In this document: positions 10,606-20,979 of the stretch, piece by piece | How positions within the stretch are numbered: position 1 is the stretch's first letter | How the letters are laid out: the number at the start of each line of letters is the position of its first letter | Origin: an uncultured Hyphomicrobiales bacterium | GTDB lineage: Bacteria; Bacteroidota; Ignavibacteria; Kapaibacteriales; UBA2268 | Direction: 5' to 3' | Length of the DNA: 64,000 nt | Assembly (NCBI GenBank): GCA_964650885.1 | Contig: CAZYXG010000001.1 | Coordinates: 78,639-142,638 of the forward strand | Position numbers and translations under genes: made by a program | Notes under the pieces: model-generated | Told to the model about the DNA's origin: nothing | Database searches by the model: none | The model's input: the letters and a program-made list of their open reading frames with translations, nothing else

Positions 10606-10740
10606 TATGTTTTACGTGAGATTTTCATTGATTGTTAAGAAATGATGAAGATTTTTGATAAAATTGTATTGCTAATAAAAAAAAATCATTTATATTTGAA
10701 ATTAATTAATAATTCAATTTAATGTTACGAGGGCTGTAAT

Positions 10741-12726
10741 ATGAAATTTGTTAAAATTTCTCTTTTTCTTCTTTCCGCTGGTTTAATCACAGCAAATGCT
10801 GAAGTGGATCCACTTCAAAAATTAGCTAATACTAAAAACAACTTAAATGCAAAATTTGTAGGTACAATACCTTCAAAAACAAAGTCTAATAAAATTTCTG
10901 CTATTAACTTTGTTGTATTTGATTCAATGGCAAATTCATTGTCTTATATGAATGACCAAACTCAACCATTTATTTATGAGCCAGGAACAGGTTCATTAAT
11001 AACTATAAAACGTGGCTCTCACGAAGTTACAAAACCAGACTTTAATAGAAGCAATTCAAAGAATAATTTATTCTTGAGAACTTCTAAAGATTGGGGTAAA
11101 ACTTGGAACCCTTCATTTTTACTTTATGACAAATCTGAATGGGGATATGGCGAAGTTAGATATCCTTCTGTAGCTGCATACAAAGATGCTTCAAACAATC
11201 TAATGATTGCATACACTTTTGCTTTGATTGAGGAATCTGCTTCAACTTGGAAAGGTTTTGCAACTGGTTTTTATGGTGATTTGGATCAAGATGGTTTTAT
11301 TCAATCTGCTTCTTTGCCAAGCTATGATTTTACTTTCAAAGATGCTGAGTTAGATGGAACTTATGCTTGGGGACAATTAGGTTATTCTAATTCAGTTCCA
11401 AATGTAGCAGGTACTGATTCAAAAATAATAGCTTTTAATGATAAGGGTTTGAATATTTTAGCAACTGGAATTGTAACTCCATTACCAGAAGGTAATGTGA
11501 AGGATAATAACAATATTGCTTTCAGATATACTAACAAAACTTTATTTAATAGCAACGAAATATCTACTGGAATTCCTGCAGCGTGGAATAGCAAAAGATT
11601 TGGTGCTGTAGATACGGTAACGACTCGTTCAAATAATCAACTTGGCTTGGAAAGAACAAGTGATGGCAAAATATATTTTGCTACATTTGGAAATTTTGAA
11701 ACTGCGGGTTCTGATACAAAAAGAAATGAAGTTGGTGTTTCAATATCAAATGATAATGGAAAAACTTGGTCAGAATATGAAGTATTCCCTTTTCAAAAAA
11801 TTAGAGAATACGTTTCAGGAATACAAGGACATTCTTCTGTTTTAAATCCTGAATTATTTTTCATTGGATTCACAAGTAAAAATCTAGTAGCTTTTGACAA
11901 TGGTGATTGGAGCGTTTTTGTAGTACTTCAAGAGACTAAGGATACAGTAAATGCAAAACTTACTGCGGATTTACTGTACCAAGTAGTTGAGTTATATAAA
12001 GAAGGTGGTACTTATGGTGTTAGAACTGTTGCTAAATTACCTACATATTGGGTACCTTTCTCAAATTCAGATGGCACTCAAGCTGGAAATTCTAAAGATT
12101 ATGAACTACAAGCTTCTAAAACAATTGATGGTTCTAAAATAGTATGCAAATGGGTTGAATTAAAAGAACTTGTTTGGCCTACTGATTCAACTTTCCAATT
12201 TGCTGGCTCTGATATATTTGCCGCTGCTCGAATTGTTGGTGCTAATAAATGGGGAAATCCAAAAAATCTTACTGATGATGGAAATATTTACAAAGGTGTT
12301 TGGATACCTAATTTATTACCAAACAATTTAGTTGATATTCCAATTCTTTATAGCCAAACTAAAGGTGATTTGGCAGTAGCTAACCAAAGAAGATACATTG
12401 ATGAACAATATGTTATGATTGGTAACTTTGACGGAAGTTTATTAACAAGCGTAGAAGATGATCAAATACTTAGTGGAGATGTAAATATTTATCCTAACCC
12501 CGCTGTGGATAACTCTACTGTACGTTTCTATGTTCCGAATATGGAAAATGTTGAAATCAGAATTGTGGATATCTTTGGAAAAGAAATTTCTTCAACTATA
12601 GTAAATTCCCTTGTTGGATTTAACAATTTTGAAATTGATACTAAAAAGTATGCTCCTGGAGCTTATTTCGTGTCAATAAAAGGCAGTAATATTGCCAAAT
12701 TTGAAAAATTCAACGTTGTAAAATAA
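10741..12726 (+). CDS. Secreted BNR/Asp-box repeat protein (sialidase/glycosidase-like beta-propeller) with a T9SS C-terminal sorting domain
   Basis: Signal peptide. Two SxDxGxTW Asp-box motifs (SKDWGKTW, SNDNGKTW). C-terminal T9SS CTD signature (NIYPNPAVDNSTVRF...). Confidence 0.65.
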   Translation: MKFVKISLFLLSAGLITANAEVDPLQKLANTKNNLNAKFVGTIPSKTKSNKISAINFVVFDSMANSLSYMNDQTQPFIYEPGTGSLITIKRGSHEVTKPDFNRSNSKNNLFLRTSKDWGKTWNPSFLLYDKSEWGYGEVRYPSVAAYKDASNNLMIAYTFALIEESASTWKGFATGFYGDLDQDGFIQSASLPSYDFTFKDAELDGTYAWGQLGYSNSVPNVAGTDSKIIAFNDKGLNILATGIVTPLPEGNVKDNNNIAFRYTNKTLFNSNEISTGIPAAWNSKRFGAVDTVTTRSNNQLGLERTSDGKIYFATFGNFETAGSDTKRNEVGVSISNDNGKTWSEYEVFPFQKIREYVSGIQGHSSVLNPELFFIGFTSKNLVAFDNGDWSVFVVLQETKDTVNAKLTADLLYQVVELYKEGGTYGVRTVAKLPTYWVPFSNSDGTQAGNSKDYELQASKTIDGSKIVCKWVELKELVWPTDSTFQFAGSDIFAAARIVGANKWGNPKNLTDDGNIYKGVWIPNLLPNNLVDIPILYSQTKGDLAVANQRRYIDEQYVMIGNFDGSLLTSVEDDQILSGDVNIYPNPAVDNSTVRFYVPNMENVEIRIVDIFGKEISSTIVNSLVGFNNFEIDTKKYAPGAYFVSIKGSNIAKFEKFNVVK

Positions 12727-12997
12727 TAAATAGTTACAGAAATTGATTCATTCAAATAAGTGCTAAAACAGTAAATTTATACCCTAGCAATCTAAGTTGT
12801 TGGGGTATTTTTGCTTTTTTTCCACTTTTTGCAAATTAAGTGTAACCAAATATATCAAAAAAGCATTTTAGATATAAGTGGTTCGCTCAATTTCATAATT
12901 ACATTACGAAAGCAATATTTATAAGTTTCAATCAAACGAAACTAATAAATCAAAATTAGAAAATTGAAAATCAAATAAAGTTAGTTTAGGAGTTTGT

Positions 12998-15900
12998 ATG
13001 TTAAGAAGATTTACCTTATTGTTGCCATTTATATGCATTCTGTTCTCTGCAACAGCTTATGCAGGTATTCACGGTATATTGAAAGGAAAAGTAGTTGACG
13101 AAGAAGGTAAGCCATTAATTGGTGCTGCTGTTTTAGTGCAAGGTGTTGGTCGTGGAGCAAATACTAAAAAAGATGGTACTTTTCAAATTATGAATATTTC
13201 AGCTGGTAGCTACGATATTAGAGTTACTTATACTGGATTTGATCCACAAATAAAAAGAATTACTATTAGTGCAGACAATACAACAAATGTAACTATTGTT
13301 ATGAAAGTGAAAGTAACTGATGGTGCTACTGTAGAAATCGTAGCTAACAAAATGGTTAGCAAAAATGATATTGGTGGTGGTACTAAAATGGATACTAAAG
13401 AATTAACATCGGCAGCAAGTGGCGGTATTAATGGTTTTGTTGGTTTGGCAGCTAACGTTTCGGTTGGTAATGGTTTTGAAATCCGTGGTGCGAGAGCAGG
13501 CGATTCTCAAGTGAGAGTTGATGGTCTTGATGTGGGTAATCAATTTACTGGTGGTTTTGGTGGAGGTTCTGCTCGCTATTATCCTCAAGTATCTGCGTTC
13601 GCTACTGAAGAAGTTCAAATTTTATCTGGTGGTTTTGGTGCTGAGTATGGCGAAGCTACTGGTGGTATTGTGAATTCTGTTGTTAAAACTGGACGTACTG
13701 ATAGATATGAAGGTTTCCTTTACTATAATACTGATATGCCAGCTTTGTTTGGTAGCTCTAAATCAGGTATTGTTCTTGAAAGACAAGGAAGTGTTTTGAA
13801 TGCAGTGGAAACTGGCGAAGGAAAGAAACTTCAAGGTAGACTTGAAAATAATTTTGAATATGGATTTGGTGGACCATTGCCTGGTTCTGAAAAATCAACT
13901 TTCTATTTGACAGGTGTTAATTCTACTGAGCAATTTAGAAATGCTAGTTATGAAGTGTTGGACCCTTTGGGTAATAACGTAGGACAATTAGATAATACTT
14001 CATCTTGGAAAAGACAATTAACTGCAAGAATGAAATTTGCAGTAACTGATGAAATTGATATTACTGTTGGTACTCAGTATGGCTTTACTACTTTAGAAAA
14101 TGGTAGCTGGGCATGGCTTTATTCAACTCAAACAGGTAAAACAGTTGATGCATTGGGCAACATTACAGACAATGGTGTTCCTGAGAACATCGCAAAACAA
14201 AATGTGTTGAATCAGTATGTATATAATTTCTTTGGTAAGATTAATCACAGATTAGATGAATCTTCATTCTATGAATTGAAGTTTTCATTTTCTGCAAACA
14301 ATGATGAGTTAGGCAGAAGAGTAGTTGGTTCTAAACCTGGATTTACTTCTGGTTATGAAATGATGACTCCAGTTGATGTAGTTTCTCCTGGTAAAAATGG
14401 TGTTTCAGACAAAGAATCAGACCAAACAATTGATTTTTATTCTTTGTATCCTGGCGAAAATGTAGTAACTAATGATGGTGCTACTTTTAGAAACTCGCCT
14501 TTGAGAAATCCTTTGACCGGCTATTATGAAGGTCAACAAAACGTTACAGGTACTCAAAATGCTTATGGCTTGCAAAACTTTTTTGTTACTCACGGAGCAG
14601 ATGGCGGTTTTGATTTTAGATACGGTTCATATTTTCAAGCAGATGGTTTTTACCAACGCTTGATGAAAGACGGTGATTTTAGCCACGATTTGAAAACTGG
14701 TTTTGAATTTAGATCTTACACACAACATAGAAATTTAAATCAAAATCCATATCAAGCAAATAATATTCACGATGTTTACACCGATAAATTTGGTGGTAAT
14801 TTATACGATGTTCAAACTCAAGAAGTTATTGATTTGACTTCAAAACCAAAAACTCCGACTAGAGGAAGTGTTTGGGTTCAAGATCAGATTACTGCGAAAG
14901 GAGTTGTCTTCACACCTGGTTTGAGATTAGATTATTTTAATCCAAACAGTGCGTATAGAAGTGTTAAAGATGAATTCGTTCCTATTTCTGATCAAAGTAA
15001 GTTCAAACAAGCTGATGCAAAAATTATGTTTTCTCCAAGATTAAACGTAACATATCCAGTAACTGAAGAATCAAATTTGATTATTAACTATGGTATTTAT
15101 TATAAAATGCCAGTTCTTCAATCGCTTTATGATGGAAGTAATACAGACTTTTTGCAACCAGGAACTCTAATTGGTGACCCAAATCTTTCTCCTGAAAAAA
15201 CAATTATGTATAATTTGACATACAACAATCAATTGACTAATGACTTTGCATTTAATATGTCAGTTTACTACAATGACATTTTTAATCAATTGGGTGTTGT
15301 TTATGTAGCAGCTGTGCCTACTCCTTTTTTCAGAAACGTAGTTTCTGAATATGGAAGTAATAAAGGTATAGAATTAGAATTTAGAAAAGTTGATAGAGAT
15401 TATTTGGGCTTCCGTTTGAATTACACATTGGGCTATATCAACGGTACTTCAAATGCAGCAGCTTCAAATATTAACGTTTTGACAGATCCATACACAAACA
15501 CTAAAGCTTTCCCTCTTGCTGAATATTCTTTAGGTAGAGATGTAAGACATAGAATTAAATATATTTTGAATTTCTTTATTAATGACGATGGTTCATCTGA
15601 AAGTAGAGATTTCCAAGGTAGAACTTCTATTAACTTCTCTGGTGCTTATTCAACTGGTGCTCCATATACAAAAACAGCTCCAGGTGGCGGTGTTGAATTG
15701 GGTGAAAGAAATTCTGAAAGATTTCCTTCTAACTTCACATCAAACATTCGTTTTACAAGAACTTTTCCTTTGAAAGATTTCTTTGGCGAAGATATGAAAA
15801 ACTCTAGTATTGACTTGTTTATTGATGTTTTTAATTGGTTGAATATTAGACAAGTATTAACAGTTTATGGTGCAACTGGCAAACCATTAGATGATGGTGT

Positions 15901-16168
15901 TTTCTTAAACAGACAAGTTGGTAACTTTACTGAAACTGCATTATACAAAGAAGCTAATTTGGCACGTCCTGAAACTGTTGCTGCTGGTCAGTATGATTCA
16001 TTTGGTAACAGATTATACAGTGTTCAAAGTGACTTTGATAACAATGGTGTTGTTAATCAGGAAGAGAAATTTAAAAGTTACGTAAACTACGTTCAGGACG
16101 CTTTGAACTTCCGTAATAATTTCCAAACACCACGTACAGTTTATTTAGGTGTTGTGTTTAAGTTTTAA
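12998..16168 (+). CDS. TonB-dependent outer-membrane receptor with an N-terminal carboxypeptidase-regulatory-like (CarbopepD_reg) domain
   Basis: Signal peptide and CarbopepD_reg-like start (GKVVDEEGKPLIGAAVLVQGVGRGANTKKDGTFQI). Plug-domain motif (EEVQILSGGFGAEYGEATGGIVNSVVKTG). 1056 aa, ending in a C-terminal Phe as outer-membrane barrels typically do. Confidence 0.8.
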   Translation: MLRRFTLLLPFICILFSATAYAGIHGILKGKVVDEEGKPLIGAAVLVQGVGRGANTKKDGTFQIMNISAGSYDIRVTYTGFDPQIKRITISADNTTNVTIVMKVKVTDGATVEIVANKMVSKNDIGGGTKMDTKELTSAASGGINGFVGLAANVSVGNGFEIRGARAGDSQVRVDGLDVGNQFTGGFGGGSARYYPQVSAFATEEVQILSGGFGAEYGEATGGIVNSVVKTGRTDRYEGFLYYNTDMPALFGSSKSGIVLERQGSVLNAVETGEGKKLQGRLENNFEYGFGGPLPGSEKSTFYLTGVNSTEQFRNASYEVLDPLGNNVGQLDNTSSWKRQLTARMKFAVTDEIDITVGTQYGFTTLENGSWAWLYSTQTGKTVDALGNITDNGVPENIAKQNVLNQYVYNFFGKINHRLDESSFYELKFSFSANNDELGRRVVGSKPGFTSGYEMMTPVDVVSPGKNGVSDKESDQTIDFYSLYPGENVVTNDGATFRNSPLRNPLTGYYEGQQNVTGTQNAYGLQNFFVTHGADGGFDFRYGSYFQADGFYQRLMKDGDFSHDLKTGFEFRSYTQHRNLNQNPYQANNIHDVYTDKFGGNLYDVQTQEVIDLTSKPKTPTRGSVWVQDQITAKGVVFTPGLRLDYFNPNSAYRSVKDEFVPISDQSKFKQADAKIMFSPRLNVTYPVTEESNLIINYGIYYKMPVLQSLYDGSNTDFLQPGTLIGDPNLSPEKTIMYNLTYNNQLTNDFAFNMSVYYNDIFNQLGVVYVAAVPTPFFRNVVSEYGSNKGIELEFRKVDRDYLGFRLNYTLGYINGTSNAAASNINVLTDPYTNTKAFPLAEYSLGRDVRHRIKYILNFFINDDGSSESRDFQGRTSINFSGAYSTGAPYTKTAPGGGVELGERNSERFPSNFTSNIRFTRTFPLKDFFGEDMKNSSIDLFIDVFNWLNIRQVLTVYGATGKPLDDGVFLNRQVGNFTETALYKEANLARPETVAAGQYDSFGNRLYSVQSDFDNNGVVNQEEKFKSYVNYVQDALNFRNNFQTPRTVYLGVVFKF

Positions 16169-16200
16169 TAAGAAATTGAAATTAATTAAAGGGTAAAGTA

Positions 16201-19200
16201 ATGAAAAATTATACAAAACAAATATTATTTGCTTTTGTGATAATTTTAACTGTTTCAACAATAAATGCAAATTTATTAGCTGATATAGTTAGAAATAAAG
16301 ATGGCAAAAGCAATGAAATACAGCGAACTCCCAATAATACATTTGACTTGCAACAGAACACTGTTTCTAATATGCAATTCTATACCACAAATTATGGTAT
16401 ATTTGGTCTGAATGTAGCAAGAACTGAGGGGGGTGGGTATTGGCCACGTGGTTCAAGAAATCAATACATCTTTGGTGGTGGTATTTGGTTTGGAACTGTT
16501 AAAGAAAGATTGTTAAATGATACTATTACTTCAAGAAGAATGGTAAGTGTTACTTACAATCCAAATAATGCAAGATCTTGGATGGTACCAGGTTTATTAG
16601 ATACTAATAAAAAAGAAACAAGAGTAGATAAGTCAGATTTTAAAAAATACAGAACTTATTTTTCAACTGATTTTTCTCCAACTTCTGGTGAAGCTTTAAA
16701 CCCTCAAGATGGTCCGGCTTGGCCAATTTGGGATACTGGTGGCGATACAGATACATTGAAAAGAAATAGGTATTTCGGTTTTTATGTAGATGACATTGAC
16801 AAAAGAAATGTAAGTAATTATAAAAAAGGTCCAGCATACATTTCAGGTGAAGATATTTTTGCTACTTATCACGATGCAGACTTATCTTATTATGATGGTG
16901 GCGAGAAAGAAAGAAGAAGTCAAGGTTATCCTTTGAATATACAATACGAACAGTACATATATTCTTGGGGATTTGGTGATTATCAGAACTTTATTTTTAT
17001 TAGATATGACATCATAAATAGAAACAAATTTTCTGATGATTCTTTGACAAATCGATTGAATACTTTTAAAGATTGCTGGATGGCACCTATTATAGATGTG
17101 GATATTGCAAGAGCACCAGCTGTTAATATCGGTGCAACCAATGATAGGGTTCGTTTCAATGAAACAGATCCATCGCTAAATATGGCATTCCAATGGTCTA
17201 ATGGTGAATATGGCGAAGCTGGAAACGGTTTTGGATATTTGGGATATGACTTCTTAGAAAGTCCAGCAGTAATTAAACATTATGTGATTGATTCAATAAC
17301 TGGTGATAAGATTGAAGTTAAGAAACCAGATACAGATTTTGTTAGAAAAGATAGAGCAACTTATCCTAATGAAGAACAATTGGGTTTGGTAACTTTTAGA
17401 AACTGGTCTATTGCAGATGATAAAATATTAGATGAAGATCGTTATTTATATATTGCAGGGCGATTAAGAGATGGCGATACTGGACCTGGTGATAAACGAT
17501 TTATGATGGCGACTGGGCCTTATCACTTAAGACCTGGCGATACTTCTAAAGTGGTTATCGGTATGATGATTGCAAATGGAACAAAAGGCAAAGATGCCGA
17601 TGGTACTGAAGAAGATATTAGTGGTTTGATTGCTTTGGACAAATTTGCTCAAGCAGTTTATGATAATAGCTTTAGAGCACCACAGCCACCTGATAGAACT
17701 AGATTTACTGAATCTACAGCTTTAAATCATGGAGTTATTGTCACTTGGGATTCTTCTGCTGAAATATCTAATGACCTTGATGAGAAAGGTCTAGATTTTA
17801 TGGGATATGTGTTATACAGAGCAAGAAATACTGATTTAGATACATTTTCACTTTCAAATATTTCTGCAAACAACCAATATTCTAAAGGAGCAGGTCCATT
17901 AGGTTGGAAAGCAATTAATGCTTGGGCACTGCCAAGAGCTTATGAAAAATCAAATTTTCCACAAACTAAAAATATAGTAAATGGTCTTGATTTGTTCCCT
18001 CAGATAGATTCAATGAGAATAATTGGACCTTATGTGGACGGCACAGGAAAAGTAGTTGATACAATGGCTATTAGAATTATGAAAGTCGGAAAAGGACTTG
18101 TTATGATTCCAGATAGTTTTAGTTTAAGAACTACAAACACATTAGTACCACAAATAGCAGCAATTGATACTTTTGCATCTGCTGATCCTTGGGGTAAGTA
18201 TTATGCTAGTTTGGTTCCAAATGCTACTTTTCCGATGAAATGGTCTTCAAATAATAGTAATAGACTTTTTAATGAAGCTTTAGTTGGTGTTGTTAATATC
18301 AATAAAGCATTGGATTTGGTAAATCCACTTTATTACAGAAGAAAAACTATTGAAATAACTGATGCAGATTTTGCAAGAGTAAGAGCTAAAAATGGTAAAA
18401 TCAAACCAACTCAAGAATTTATTGACACTTTGAAATCATATTTGAGTAAACCTGGTTTTAGAGTTGATTCATTAGATGCTAATGGTAAAGTTGTTACAAG
18501 ATTACTTAATATTGATGGTCCAATCATTGATTCATTATATTTCATTAATACTTACAGAAAAGGTCCAAACAATGCATTGATTGATGTTTTTGTGAAAAGA
18601 CCAATTAGCCAGCAAATGAATGAGGTTACTCACATTAATGAAGTATTAGATTCAATTTATAGCTATTTAAAACAAGGTTTGGCAACAATTGATATGCCTG
18701 ATTTTGAAGGTTCGAACGAAGTAAGAACGAAAGTAATTTCTGCCTATATGAGCAGTATTACTAATGGAAGACAGTATATAGACATTGGTGATGACGATAG
18801 AAATAGCATTATTGATTATAGTGCAGATCCAACAAAAACTGAGAAATTAATCAACAACGTTCCTTACTCTTATAAGATGATTGCTTTTGATGAAGGTGAT
18901 TTCCAATTAAAAACGCCTGCAAAAGTTAATCAGTCACAAAATGGTTTGAGTAATCAAACCGTTGCATATCCTAAAGCTGCACCAGTAGGTGCAAAACCAA
19001 CGTTTGAAATTCTTACAAAAGATGTTTCACTACTTGGTGGTGTGAATAACTTGAAATTCTACTCGGTTGATGATGATAGAGTAATTCAGAATTTCCTTGG
19101 CGATACTTTGGAAATAGAATGGAAACCTACTTGGTTTGTAACTCAAATAACAGCTACTGGTACAGGTGCAACTCCAGTTTCATTTGGTGTATATAGCAGA

Positions 19201-20910
19201 CAAATTACTTTAGTAAATAAATCTAAAAACAATCAAGTTCTTTTCAATGGTTTGAGCTATACTGGTTTTGAGTCCGAACTTTGTAATTTCAATTATACAA
19301 GTTTATTGACTGATTACACTGTAAATTACTCAGGCGGTAGACGAGGAGTTGTAATAGATACATTACCTGATGAAACTGTATCAATAAATACTTTTGGTTA
19401 TGAATTTTCAAAAGATAGTATTGAGAAACGTGGATTTATTACAACAGGTAATTTTGCAGATGAGTTCTATTGTTATGCTCAATCTCTAAGACAACCTGCA
19501 CTTGGATCATTAGGATTCAGCTATGATTTCAATTTGATGCAATATGGTGGTATGTTCCGTGGAGATAGTGCAACTTATATGCAACCTGGAAAAACAGCGG
19601 TAACGAATGTTGCATTTATTGATGGAACATATGACCAAAAAGACTTAGTATTTAATACTAGTTTACAATATTTTGTTACGACTGGTATTCAATGGGTTAC
19701 TAGTGCATTAAATCCACAACCAATAGGTGGAATTGGTTTTAGTAATGGTTTTCCAGTTTATTCTGGATTTAATAATGGTCCTGGTGAATATTTAGTAGAA
19801 TTCTTACCTGGTGGAACTGAACCAGTTAGATTATCTTTCGATGGAGTTCCATCGGCAGGATTAGCTAACTTAAACGAAGCATCTTGGAATGTTGATTATT
19901 TGAATTTGAAGATTACAAATTTGAAAGAACATAAGTTCATTACAAATACTGGTCAAGAACAAATAGTTAAATATCCTTATGAATTGCCACACATGGAGTT
20001 ACCTGACACAGCTGGTGCTAGAACTAACGTGGGAATTTCAGCAATTTATCAACCAGATCCTAGAAATTTAGGTTTCACTATCAATGATCCAAATAGTAAA
20101 TTCTATGGTGTTCAACCATCTAGCTTTATTGACCATTTCAATATTTCTAGTTATGCTTATGTGAACTCTAGAAAATCACGTTCAGTAATAGGTATTAAGA
20201 GAATGTATGGCAGACCAGCAGTTGGTCCATTAAGATTTATAGAAAATACTTATGCAGGTTTGCAAGGTAGATATTACAAATCTGCAATTGGAAAAGATAC
20301 AAAAGCTAATGCAGATGCACAATTGGATTTTGTTCACTTGTTGAATATTGGTGGTGTACAGTTTGCACTTGATTATGCAAATACAGGTCGACCTAATAAG
20401 GTATCAAGACTATGGGATACAATTCCGGGTTATACTTATGGTGAAGATTTCAAAGCAGGTGATAAAATTATCTTGAAAACTACTGGTGGTGTTTTTGGTT
20501 TGCCTGCACCTGGTGCAAAAGTACAAGTAAGAGTAACTGCTTCATCTAATCCAGATAAACCAACTGACGAAGAATTAGATCAAATTAAAGTTGTACCTAA
20601 TCCATATTTTATCTCACATGAAGGTCAGAGATCTTCTTATGAACCAAAATTATATTTCACGAAACTTCCTAAACAGTGTACGATTGAAATATACACTGTT
20701 ACAGGTGATTTGATTAGAACACTTGAACACAATGATCTGACTTCTACTGATGCTGAAAAAGAAGGAATTGAAGTTTGGGATTTATTATCTAAGAATAAAC
20801 TTAGAATCCAAAGTCAATCATTCTTAGCTTACATTAAAACAAAAGATGGAGCTCAATCAATTCAGAAGTTTTCAATAGTAGTGGGCGGTTTCCGCTTGTT
20901 GGATAATTAA
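16201..20910 (+). CDS. Giant (1569 aa) secreted protein with a T9SS C-terminal sorting domain. Function unknown; possibly PorU-like or a surface partner of the upstream TonB receptor
   Basis: Signal peptide. CTD-like C-terminus (KVVPNPYFIS...IEIYTVTGDLIRT...). Only 32 bp downstream of the TonB receptor gene and immediately upstream of the PorV-like gene. Confidence 0.5.
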   Translation: MKNYTKQILFAFVIILTVSTINANLLADIVRNKDGKSNEIQRTPNNTFDLQQNTVSNMQFYTTNYGIFGLNVARTEGGGYWPRGSRNQYIFGGGIWFGTVKERLLNDTITSRRMVSVTYNPNNARSWMVPGLLDTNKKETRVDKSDFKKYRTYFSTDFSPTSGEALNPQDGPAWPIWDTGGDTDTLKRNRYFGFYVDDIDKRNVSNYKKGPAYISGEDIFATYHDADLSYYDGGEKERRSQGYPLNIQYEQYIYSWGFGDYQNFIFIRYDIINRNKFSDDSLTNRLNTFKDCWMAPIIDVDIARAPAVNIGATNDRVRFNETDPSLNMAFQWSNGEYGEAGNGFGYLGYDFLESPAVIKHYVIDSITGDKIEVKKPDTDFVRKDRATYPNEEQLGLVTFRNWSIADDKILDEDRYLYIAGRLRDGDTGPGDKRFMMATGPYHLRPGDTSKVVIGMMIANGTKGKDADGTEEDISGLIALDKFAQAVYDNSFRAPQPPDRTRFTESTALNHGVIVTWDSSAEISNDLDEKGLDFMGYVLYRARNTDLDTFSLSNISANNQYSKGAGPLGWKAINAWALPRAYEKSNFPQTKNIVNGLDLFPQIDSMRIIGPYVDGTGKVVDTMAIRIMKVGKGLVMIPDSFSLRTTNTLVPQIAAIDTFASADPWGKYYASLVPNATFPMKWSSNNSNRLFNEALVGVVNINKALDLVNPLYYRRKTIEITDADFARVRAKNGKIKPTQEFIDTLKSYLSKPGFRVDSLDANGKVVTRLLNIDGPIIDSLYFINTYRKGPNNALIDVFVKRPISQQMNEVTHINEVLDSIYSYLKQGLATIDMPDFEGSNEVRTKVISAYMSSITNGRQYIDIGDDDRNSIIDYSADPTKTEKLINNVPYSYKMIAFDEGDFQLKTPAKVNQSQNGLSNQTVAYPKAAPVGAKPTFEILTKDVSLLGGVNNLKFYSVDDDRVIQNFLGDTLEIEWKPTWFVTQITATGTGATPVSFGVYSRQITLVNKSKNNQVLFNGLSYTGFESELCNFNYTSLLTDYTVNYSGGRRGVVIDTLPDETVSINTFGYEFSKDSIEKRGFITTGNFADEFYCYAQSLRQPALGSLGFSYDFNLMQYGGMFRGDSATYMQPGKTAVTNVAFIDGTYDQKDLVFNTSLQYFVTTGIQWVTSALNPQPIGGIGFSNGFPVYSGFNNGPGEYLVEFLPGGTEPVRLSFDGVPSAGLANLNEASWNVDYLNLKITNLKEHKFITNTGQEQIVKYPYELPHMELPDTAGARTNVGISAIYQPDPRNLGFTINDPNSKFYGVQPSSFIDHFNISSYAYVNSRKSRSVIGIKRMYGRPAVGPLRFIENTYAGLQGRYYKSAIGKDTKANADAQLDFVHLLNIGGVQFALDYANTGRPNKVSRLWDTIPGYTYGEDFKAGDKIILKTTGGVFGLPAPGAKVQVRVTASSNPDKPTDEELDQIKVVPNPYFISHEGQRSSYEPKLYFTKLPKQCTIEIYTVTGDLIRTLEHNDLTSTDAEKEGIEVWDLLSKNKLRIQSQSFLAYIKTKDGAQSIQKFSIVVGGFRLLDN

Positions 20911-20916
20911 TTTTAA

Positions 20917-20958
20917 AAAGTATGGACTTAGTCGATAAATTAGCTAAGTCCATACTTT
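20917..20958 (+). terminator. Strong hairpin (15-bp perfect stem, 12-nt loop) between the giant gene and the porV-like gene; possible terminator or attenuator
   Basis: AAAGTATGGACTTAG...CTAAGTCCATACTTT perfect inverted repeat. The downstream T-run is weak. Confidence 0.45.
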
Positions 20959-20979
20959 AATTTAAGTTGGAAAAATAAT

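Noticed and set aside
12778-12830. Possible terminator after the BNR-protein gene (TACCC...GGGTA followed by a T-run)
   Set aside because: The stem is only 5 bp with an 18-nt loop, which is too weak to call. The downstream T-run may simply reflect AT-rich intergenic DNA.
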